Source: a virus
IMG/VR virus record: IMGVR_UViG_3300027906_000002
Location: 1 to 64,000 of that record
Reading direction: 5' to 3' (one strand)
DNA: 64,000 nucleotides
Notes under the pieces: model-generated
Told to the model about the DNA's origin: nothing
The model's input: the letters and a program-made list of their open reading frames with translations, nothing else
Databases searched by the model: none
Translations under genes and position numbers: made by a program
Shown here: positions 56,950-64,000 of the stretch, piece by piece
How positions within the stretch are numbered: the stretch's first letter is position 1
How the letters are laid out: every line of letters begins with the position of its first letter

Positions 56950-57318
56950 ATGAATACTTGGGAAGTCACATTACAACGTGAAAATGGTATCAACAAGACA
57001 GTAATTGTTGATGATTGTATGTATGAAAGTGAAGCAGAATTGCTTGCTGAATCACAATATGGACTTCCAGTTTTAAAAGTATTATATAAAGGACAATCAG
57101 ATGTTTGGGGTATGAGTAATAAAGATGGTAATGATTACATTTGGTATGATTTACCTAGACGGAGAGCAAGAGGGGGAAAAAATGTAGATATAGATGGTCT
57201 ATTTGGAGTGATGATGATTATACCTGCACTTGCCACACTTGTTATTATTATTGAGTATTGGTTACCAATACTTATTATTACATGTGGTGTAGGTGCATTT
57301 ATGTCATTCAAGAAATAG
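56950..57318 (+). CDS. Hypothetical membrane protein
   Basis: Two C-terminal TM segments. Confidence 0.6.
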   Translation: MNTWEVTLQRENGINKTVIVDDCMYESEAELLAESQYGLPVLKVLYKGQSDVWGMSNKDGNDYIWYDLPRRRARGGKNVDIDGLFGVMMIIPALATLVIIIEYWLPILIITCGVGAFMSFKK

Positions 57319-57459
57319 GCATTTATATTTGTTAACTTAAGGTGTTCAATTCATCACAAATGTTATAAATAATGATAGTCACCGAAAGGTACAGTTAGGA
57401 GTAACAAGATGCACTGAAACCTCATTTATTATGAGTTTAATGTATACAAGGAGGTCTAA

Positions 57460-57624
57460 TTGTCCAACAGTTTAATTTCATTCAATCAAATGGCATTTTG
57501 GAAACATGGAACAGATGATACTTCTCAAGATGAGAAGATAGATGAGTACTTTGAATGTCTAATTGATTGCGATACAAACGACCAAAATAGTTGTAGGAGG
57601 GTATGTTCAGAGTTATTAGTTTAA
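57460..57624 (+). CDS. 54-aa four-Cys peptide (TTG start)
   Basis: SD GGAGGT; ..EYFECLIDCD..SCRRVC.. Confidence 0.6.
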   Translation: MSNSLISFNQMAFWKHGTDDTSQDEKIDEYFECLIDCDTNDQNSCRRVCSELLV

Positions 57625-57648
57625 GGGACAATTAACAACAATTAAGTT

Positions 57649-57676
57649 AAAAGAGGGTTGCAAAACCCTCTTTTTT
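57649..57676. terminator. Intrinsic, possibly bidirectional, terminator
   Basis: AAAAGAGGGTT/AACCCTCTTTT followed by Ts. Confidence 0.8.
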
Positions 57677-57692
57677 AATGTATAATAGGTAC

Positions 57693-58661
57693 ATGAAAGA
57701 TACTATTCTATTTGGAGATTGTCGTAAGACGTTATCAGCGTTCTTACCAAATAGTGCTCGTATGTGTGTAACATCACCACCATATTACGGACTAAGAGAT
57801 TATGGTGGAGAAGATAATCAAATAGGATTAGAACAATCACCAGAAGAATATGTTAACGAGATGGTGAAAGTATTCAGAGAAGTTAGAAATATATTGACTG
57901 ATGATGGAACACTATGGTTAAACATAGGTGATAGTTATTACAACTATCGTCCTGGTAAGGGTGCTAATTACCCTAAGCAAAGTGTTAGTGAGACTAGACA
58001 AGATCTACCCACTAATAGTAACAAACGTGCTAACAAATTAGAGGGACTAAAAGAGAAGGATCTAATTGGTATTCCTTGGATGTTAGCATTTGCATTAAGA
58101 GCAGATGGATGGTACTTAAGGCAAGATATTATATGGCATAAACCTAATCCAATGCCTGAAAGTGTGCGTGATAGATGTACTAAAGCACATGAATATATCT
58201 TCTTGTTGAGTAAGAATAAGCATTACTATTATGATAATGAGAGTATAAAAGAACCTGCTAAAGATTGGGGTACTCGTGATAGATCTAAGGGGAAATATCA
58301 CAATGAAGGTACAGGTTTATCACCTCATACTGGTCTCACTAAATCATATCCAACAAAGAACAAACGTAGTGTATGGAGTATAACTAAGAGACCATATAAG
58401 GGTGCTCATTTTGCTACTTTCCCACCTGAATTAATCACACCATGTATACTTGCAGGTTCAGCACTAAATGATACTATCCTCGACCCATTTATGGGTAGTG
58501 GTACAACAGCAGCAGTGGCAAAATCATTAGGTAGGTATTACATAGGGTGTGAATTACATGAGGATTATGGTCATTTAATAGAGGAGAGAGTACGAGAATA
58601 CCATGTGACACCTGACAAAGAGGCACACAACCCACTGACAACACTGCTGAATGATGTATAA
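57693..58661 (+). CDS. Beta-class DNA amino-methyltransferase (probably m4C)
   Basis: VTSPPY, IIWHKPNPMPESV.DR.TKAHE, HFATFP, LDPFMGSGTT. Confidence 0.93.
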   Translation: MKDTILFGDCRKTLSAFLPNSARMCVTSPPYYGLRDYGGEDNQIGLEQSPEEYVNEMVKVFREVRNILTDDGTLWLNIGDSYYNYRPGKGANYPKQSVSETRQDLPTNSNKRANKLEGLKEKDLIGIPWMLAFALRADGWYLRQDIIWHKPNPMPESVRDRCTKAHEYIFLLSKNKHYYYDNESIKEPAKDWGTRDRSKGKYHNEGTGLSPHTGLTKSYPTKNKRSVWSITKRPYKGAHFATFPPELITPCILAGSALNDTILDPFMGSGTTAAVAKSLGRYYIGCELHEDYGHLIEERVREYHVTPDKEAHNPLTTLLNDV

Positions 58662-58668
58662 TAGATAT

Positions 58669-58825
58669 GTTGAGAGATCACTAGGTTTCCAACTACTAAG
58701 ACATCAGGCATCCGTAAGACTTTCAAGGTTGCGTTCAATCGCATTTAAGTCGAACTTAAGCAAACATAAGTCCTGTGAATCTTAGACATGATGTTAGAGT
58801 AATTTACTTACCCTAGTCTCTCAAC
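58669..58825 (+). ncRNA. Candidate rod-shaped non-coding RNA
   Basis: Own -10 (TATAAT 58657); ends pair (GTTGAGAG/CTCTCAAC, ACTAGG/CCTAGT); nested stems; 3' U-run. Confidence 0.6.
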
Positions 58826-58846
58826 TTTTTTCTTTGATCTAACTAC

Positions 58847-59137
58847 ATGCCAACTGCAACACCTCGTAAGACTTCAACTGCAACACCACGCAAGAGAAGA
58901 ACACGCAAGGCAACTGCAAAGAAAGTAACACCAACTCCACTAAATACAACAGTCGAAACTAAACTCAATGGAGATCCTATTGTGACTGAAACTGTTAACA
59001 ATGAAGTGAAAGTTGATGTGAAAAGAAGAAACCTAACCGAGTTAAATGGTCTTGAGTTAGTAATACTTCCTCTAGTATATCTTGAGGGATTTGTTAAACT
59101 AATCCTAAAAGAGACTGGAGTATTAGAAACAGTGTGA
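58847..59137 (+). CDS. Hypothetical protein with basic N-terminal repeats
   Basis: TATPRKTSTATPRKRRTRKATAKK. Confidence 0.65.
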   Translation: MPTATPRKTSTATPRKRRTRKATAKKVTPTPLNTTVETKLNGDPIVTETVNNEVKVDVKRRNLTELNGLELVILPLVYLEGFVKLILKETGVLETV

Positions 59138-59158
59138 CAGTTAAACAACCTACACACT

Positions 59159-59183
59159 GAGACCCCATAAGGGGTCTTTTTTT
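59159..59183 (+). terminator. Intrinsic terminator embedded in a promoter cassette
   Basis: GAGACCCC-ataa-GGGGTCTT followed by Ts, then TATAAT 59187. Confidence 0.75.
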
Positions 59184-59216
59184 GTGTATAATGATTATGT
59201 CCTTTGAAATGATTCT

Positions 59217-60467
59217 TTGAAAGACGCATTGAGACCACACCAGCAGAGAGCATATGATAAGATGACCACTGAGAATTCAGGTCAGATTATTATACCTACT
59301 GGTGGTGGCAAAACATTCATTATGATAGCAGATTGTCATAGATTAGTAACAACAACTCCTCGTAGTCCTCAGACTATTGTTGTAGTTGCACCACGCATAT
59401 TGCTTGCTAATCAGTTATCTAACGAGTTTGAATCTGCACTTCCTGATGTTAAGATAGCACATGTACATTCTGGTGAAACTCATCATTTTAGTACAACAGA
59501 TCACAGGTTTTTAACACATTGGGGTTGCTCTAATCCTCAGTATGATAAGTTAATCTTTACCACCTATCATTCACTCCACAGAGTATTAGATAGCATGGTA
59601 AATATCAACAGAATATACTTTGATGAGGCACACAATGGCACTAGCAAAGTATTCTTTAAGCAGATAAAGAGAATCGCTGAGTTACAAATACCACGCTTCT
59701 TCTTTACTGCTACACCACGCATTTCACGCTCTAAGAATAGTATTAGTGCGGAACGTGGTATGAACAATGCGGAGATATATGGTGAAAAGTTAGAAGAAAC
59801 ATCTGCTAAGGAGTTAATAGATAGTGGCACTATCTTATACCCTAAAGTTATACCATTTGAGACCGATAGAGAGCGTACTAAACAGAACGCACATGAGGTT
59901 GATAGTGATAACTTAAAGGACATACTTAACTCCTTAACTGATAACAATCCAAAGGTACTTGTGAGTGCTCCAACAACAAGAATCATGTGGAATATGCTAT
60001 CACAAACTGATATTCAGTCATGGTTATTAGAGCATGATTATAACATCATGCACATCACATCTAAACATGGTGCTGTTATCAATGGTAAGAAAGTAGGAAG
60101 GGAAAAGTTCTTCCAAACCCTTACAGATTGGGGCAAAGATGATAACAAAAGGTTTGTAATCTTCCACTATAGTATACTATCAGAAGGCATAAATGTTCCT
60201 GGTTTGACTCATTCAATCATGCTTAGAAACTTACCTACCATTGAAATGGCACAGACAATAGGTAGAGTTATCAGGATACATGAGAAGGATAGAGTATCAA
60301 TGAAGGATGGTAAGATACCTGCTGGTCAGTATAACTTATACCATAAAAGTCATGGTCAAATTGTTGTACCTATGACTGGTAAGTATGGTCAAAGAATAGC
60401 AGATAGATTGAAATCTATTGTTTCATATATCTTTATAGAGGGTATTCCACCAAGAGCATACGTCTAG
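59217..60467 (+). CDS. SF2 DExH helicase-like protein
   Basis: LRPHQ, PTGGGKT, DEAH, TATP, LSEGINVP, QTIGRVIR. Confidence 0.88.
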   Translation: MKDALRPHQQRAYDKMTTENSGQIIIPTGGGKTFIMIADCHRLVTTTPRSPQTIVVVAPRILLANQLSNEFESALPDVKIAHVHSGETHHFSTTDHRFLTHWGCSNPQYDKLIFTTYHSLHRVLDSMVNINRIYFDEAHNGTSKVFFKQIKRIAELQIPRFFFTATPRISRSKNSISAERGMNNAEIYGEKLEETSAKELIDSGTILYPKVIPFETDRERTKQNAHEVDSDNLKDILNSLTDNNPKVLVSAPTTRIMWNMLSQTDIQSWLLEHDYNIMHITSKHGAVINGKKVGREKFFQTLTDWGKDDNKRFVIFHYSILSEGINVPGLTHSIMLRNLPTIEMAQTIGRVIRIHEKDRVSMKDGKIPAGQYNLYHKSHGQIVVPMTGKYGQRIADRLKSIVSYIFIEGIPPRAYV

Positions 60468-60552
60468 TGTGCCAGTCTGTAAACTGCACACTATTCTCCC
60501 CACTGCCTCTAAAATGACCTATAATAACAGAGTACCAAACAAAGACACCTTT

Positions 60553-60882
60553 ATGACAGTCTCCAACCTATCTCAAACAGCACGAGTTGAAATGTGGGTT
60601 TTGGATTTGGTAGATGCACTTGAAGCAAACTACACAAGTCGTTACCCTGATTCACCTAATCCTGTAAAGTTTGAAACTAAGGTAGGTAAGAAGTACATCA
60701 AAATTATTCAAGTTGATGGAGGTGTTCATGCTTTCATTGATAAGAATACAGGTGAAGTTTATAAACCTGCATCTTGGAAATCACCAGCAAAGCACGTTAG
60801 ATATGATTTAAGGATCATTAATCAACGTCAAGAGTGTTATTCAAGAGCAGATTGGGCAGGTGGTTATCTTTACATAAGATAA
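60553..60882 (+). CDS. Hypothetical phage protein
   Basis: KVGKKYIKI..VHAFIDKNTGEVYKPASWKSPAK; ATG downstream of TATAAT 60520. Confidence 0.7.
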   Translation: MTVSNLSQTARVEMWVLDLVDALEANYTSRYPDSPNPVKFETKVGKKYIKIIQVDGGVHAFIDKNTGEVYKPASWKSPAKHVRYDLRIINQRQECYSRADWAGGYLYIR

Positions 60883-61057
60883 TCAATCATTAGTCCTAAG
60901 TATGACTCTAAACTGCTTATTGTAAATTTACTTTCTCACTTTATCATGTCATTTAATCCTGAAGTTGCACTATTCAATCTACTTGAAGATGCACAAACAG
61001 CAGCAGAATTACTAGCAGTAATTGATGACTACATTGCTAACAGTTAGTAACACTTAG

Positions 61058-61082
61058 GGGGGATCATTTCCCCCCTTTTTTA
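61058..61082 (+). terminator. Intrinsic terminator
   Basis: GGGGGGA-tcatt-TCCCCCC followed by a T run. Confidence 0.75.
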
Positions 61083-61598
61083 TCACCCATTTGTTAAATA
61101 ACTATGAACACATCAATCCGTTATTGGTTCCCTGATACCAGACAGTGCAGATATTTGTACTTTAAAACATACCAACAGGCACTAGATTGTATTGAATTGT
61201 TTAAACAAATCGAGGTAAGATCGGAGGTAATTGTATGACTGAACCATACACAATTGAAACGAGTTGTTATACAATAGACTTTACAAATAGGAAGGCATAT
61301 GAAGATGTATTGAAGGAATGTGAGAGACTAAGTGTTAATATGGATTACTACTTCTTAGAGTTTGACACAACAGACACCGAACCAGAAGCATATATGTGAC
61401 AGTTAACTAAGTTGCACACTAAACCCCCATTTTGGGGGTTTTATCGTTTATAATAAGAATGTTCAAACGAATTCAACCCATGAACACAAATCTTTCAAAA
61501 GAAGTGTATGAGCAGTTGTTGAACCCAACTCCAACAATTCGTTATTACTTCTTATCAAACTTAACAACCAAATCTACAACTAAGGGAGGTAAAAAGTA

Positions 61599-61838
61599 AT
61601 GAATAACTTACAAGAATTCATTGATTATGTGTGGAGTTTCTATAACCCACAATCTGACCTTTACCCTATTAAAGGTTTAACAAAGAACGACATATTAGAG
61701 GCAAGTTGGTTATACTTGCAGATGTGTTGTTATCCATCAATGCCCGAATATACTTGGGGTGATGGTGATAGTTTAGATAGAGAACATGTAAGAGATATTT
61801 TACTACAGAGTCCTCAATTTTCCTTTGGAGGTGCATGA
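61599..61838 (+). CDS. Hypothetical protein
   Basis: SD GGAGG; ORF track. Confidence 0.7.
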   Translation: MNNLQEFIDYVWSFYNPQSDLYPIKGLTKNDILEASWLYLQMCCYPSMPEYTWGDGDSLDREHVRDILLQSPQFSFGGA

Positions 61839-61996
61839 CTAACATCACAAGATACACTCGTGCTGGTAAGAATGGGAAGCAAATTGCATGTCCTAAATGT
61901 GAATCAGTACGAACAGTTTATCACTTCAACTTCTCAGGATTAACATGTCCTGATTGTAAACAATCCATCACCAAATATGACTGGAGGTTAGCATGA
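61835..61996 (+). CDS. Zinc-ribbon small protein
   Basis: CPKC-x15-CPDC; SD GGAGG; ATGA overlap. Confidence 0.65.
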   Translation: MTNITRYTRAGKNGKQIACPKCESVRTVYHFNFSGLTCPDCKQSITKYDWRLA

Positions 61997-62128
61997 AACT
62001 ATTCCTCTTAATCATCATCGGATTATTATTATATAACTCCGAAGATTCTCGTTATTTTATTAGTGACCAACTACAAAATGCGAGTGAGTTTGTAAGACCA
62101 GAACCAACAATCCAAGTGAGGTACTAAC

Positions 62129-62434
62129 ATGAACTACAGACAATCTGCAAATCCAAATGCAACAAATAGTGAGTTAGATGCTAAGAAGATAGTATATCCT
62201 AGCATCCCTAATTGTGAGTTGCCAGTATCACTAACTGAAGAACAAATCTCCACGATTCTTTATATCATGGAGGGATATATTGTAAATTCAGATGATACTA
62301 ATGATGAGCAATTTAATAATGATGTTGATGACATCTTTGAGAAGTTAGAGACCGCAGTTGATATACACTATGCGGAATTAGACGCACTATGTAACACTAA
62401 CCCTGAACCATTCATTCCTACTTTCCATGACTAA
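62129..62434 (+). CDS. Hypothetical acidic protein
   Basis: SD GAGG; ORF track. Confidence 0.65.
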   Translation: MNYRQSANPNATNSELDAKKIVYPSIPNCELPVSLTEEQISTILYIMEGYIVNSDDTNDEQFNNDVDDIFEKLETAVDIHYAELDALCNTNPEPFIPTFHD

Positions 62435-62684
62435 TTCATCCCCTAAAGTATCATTCACACCAGATCAAAAGAGAGAACTAATTGAACAGTATGCTGAACT
62501 CTTAGTTGATAACATGGATCCTAAAACTCTTGCACAATATGTGTATGAAGACCTCGTATATACATACGAACAATCATCATCACAAGAGTTAAAAGAGCAG
62601 ATAGATGATTATGACCCTGAGTTATTTGATGAGTTACTTGATAACGTAACCGCACCAAGTGTGAGTCTAAATGTAATTAAATAA
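62427..62684 (+). CDS. Hypothetical acidic protein
   Basis: ORF track. Confidence 0.65.
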   Translation: MTNSSPKVSFTPDQKRELIEQYAELLVDNMDPKTLAQYVYEDLVYTYEQSSSQELKEQIDDYDPELFDELLDNVTAPSVSLNVIK

Positions 62685-62782
62685 GAGTCAAGACATAGTG
62701 TGTCAGTTTACATACTGGCACACATTTTTCCCATATGGGGTGGTTGTGTGTGTATAATAGGTATATACACGAAAGAACTCTT

Positions 62783-62992
62783 ATGTCAAAAACTCAAACC
62801 ATCATCAACAGAATTCTAGAAGTTGAGAACTTCCAGAATGTCGCTTGCGTATGTGCTGACTGGTCTGAGTTTGTACAAGAACTAAGCGAGTGGGGTGTTT
62901 ATGGGTGTGCTAAGATCGATTTCTTAGATGCTGATCTAGACATCCCAACACTTGATAAGTTCATGGTAACCGAAAACGGTTACATCAGATAA
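62783..62992 (+). CDS. Hypothetical protein
   Basis: ATG downstream of TATAAT 62753 (the track start at 62735 lies inside the promoter). Confidence 0.6.
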   Translation: MSKTQTIINRILEVENFQNVACVCADWSEFVQELSEWGVYGCAKIDFLDADLDIPTLDKFMVTENGYIR

Positions 62993-63119
62993 ACCCTGTG
63001 GCAGTCTAGGAAGTGGCACAAGGTCGCTTGATTTATGCCCCAATCTGTGCTATATTAAGTACATAATCAAGGAAGACCAAATTTCTTGATCTCCAGAACA
63101 AACATTCAATTTCAAAATT

Positions 63120-63422
63120 ATGTCAAAATCTTTATTTCAACAATCCATCAACCTATGTGAAGACTACTTAGGTTTTGAGTGGTCACAAGGTGTTCGCACC
63201 TCTATCTTCGATTCTTACAGACGTGAGAACGATTTAGATCCTAGTCTTTCAATCTACCATTACGGTGGAGACCGTTTCGAGGTTCGTTCTATGAACTATT
63301 CTGATTCAACTGGTTGCATTGTAGGCGATCAGGTCGATCTTGGTTCTTTTGATAACATCTACGATGCACAAGATTGTGCCGAAGATTATCTAAAAGATCT
63401 ACTATTAAACCTCGGTGTTTAA
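63120..63422 (+). CDS. Hypothetical protein
   Basis: ORF track. Confidence 0.65.
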   Translation: MSKSLFQQSINLCEDYLGFEWSQGVRTSIFDSYRRENDLDPSLSIYHYGGDRFEVRSMNYSDSTGCIVGDQVDLGSFDNIYDAQDCAEDYLKDLLLNLGV

Positions 63423-63714
63423 TAGTTACCAGCACACATTACAGAGTTTTATTATGCAACTTTCTTCTAAATCTGGTCACATGGTTAGTGACTACTACCC
63501 TGTAAAAACACGTAACGGTGTTAAACAGTATGATAGAGTTCTCAGAATTCTAACATTTATGGGACAAACTATGTCCAAAAGAATTATGACTACTCAACAG
63601 TATGTCAATGAAGTTTATGACAAAATCCATCAATTTGAGTACGTTGATAACAACGTAGATCACTCAAATATGTGGCAGTTTGTATCATCTACGGAGGTAA
63701 CTTACCATGTATAG
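63415..63714 (+). CDS. Hypothetical protein
   Basis: ORF track; start may be 63454. Confidence 0.6.
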   Translation: MFNSYQHTLQSFIMQLSSKSGHMVSDYYPVKTRNGVKQYDRVLRILTFMGQTMSKRIMTTQQYVNEVYDKIHQFEYVDNNVDHSNMWQFVSSTEVTYHV

Positions 63715-63934
63715 TAGTGATGCTTTCGGTAGAATCTTCTGGGTTGATGATAACTTCGATTTCAAATCATGCCCACTATGTGTAGATGGGACTGGTGATT
63801 TTGACTGTGAAGATTATGTATCAGACTGGACAGATTGGGAGGGAGTTAATATGAGTTTGCTCTTCCAAATACACAAGACTTGTTTACATTTAAAGCAAGA
63901 TCATTCTAACTCAATATCATTAGTAGGAGTTTAA
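63707..63934 (+). CDS. Hypothetical protein
   Basis: ORF track. Confidence 0.6.
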   Translation: MYSSDAFGRIFWVDDNFDFKSCPLCVDGTGDFDCEDYVSDWTDWEGVNMSLLFQIHKTCLHLKQDHSNSISLVGV

Positions 63935-64000
63935 TTATTATGTCATGTATTCAAAATGAAGAACTATTAGAAACAATCTATGAGGAACTTGCAGAAGAGT

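Larger units (their letters stand above)
52792..63056 (+). repeat. Dispersed 24-bp palindromic box (TGTGnCAG-N8-CTGGCACA-like) 28-30 bp upstream of -10 hexamers
   Basis: Copies at 53964, 56582, 58604, 59133, 60468, 61395, 62699, 62997; half copies at 52792 and 19554. Confidence 0.8.

Noticed and set aside
57624-57647. Possible further copy of the 24-bp box before the m4C MTase promoter
   Set aside because: Only a weak left half matches and the spacing (33 bp) is off
59197-59220. Short ORF MSFEMIL overlapping the TTG start of the helicase, as a possible frameshift or uORF
   Set aside because: It begins at or before the predicted TSS and has no slippery motif; chance is sufficient

Overview
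AT-rich 64 kb segment of a T4-like marine cyanomyovirus, probably infecting Prochlorococcus (inferred from the low GC and from psbA with no adjacent psbD). Layout: (1) 1-20.9 kb, nucleotide, photosynthesis and auxiliary metabolic genes plus replication and late-transcription genes (nrdA/nrdB, talC, 2OG-Fe(II) oxygenases, hli cluster, psbA, purN, NifU-like, OMP-like, glutaredoxin, thyX, phoH, exonuclease, gp33, gp32); (2) 21.2-36.6 kb, baseplate/tail module (gp53, gp48, gp4, gp54-like, gp26/gp51, two tape-measure-like proteins, cp12, cpeT, gp5); (3) 36.7-52.8 kb, pyrE, virion/fibre proteins and four glycine-rich adhesin-like genes; (4) 52.8-64 kb, an early-type accessory region of small ORFs, two DNA methyltransferases, a nuclease-like ORF and an SF2 helicase. 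The strongest signals not explained by the ORF track are: an NtcA-like box plus tandem glutamine-riboswitch-like aptamers (one enclosing a 52-codon ORF) ahead of a DUF4278-like peptide; a T TTT TTC -1 frameshift candidate joining gp26 to gp51; a 24-bp palindromic box repeated about 10 times at a fixed distance from -10 elements; and a ~157-nt rod-shaped ncRNA candidate with 6S-like architecture. All annotation is by eye from motifs and base-pairing. No database searches or folding programs were run.
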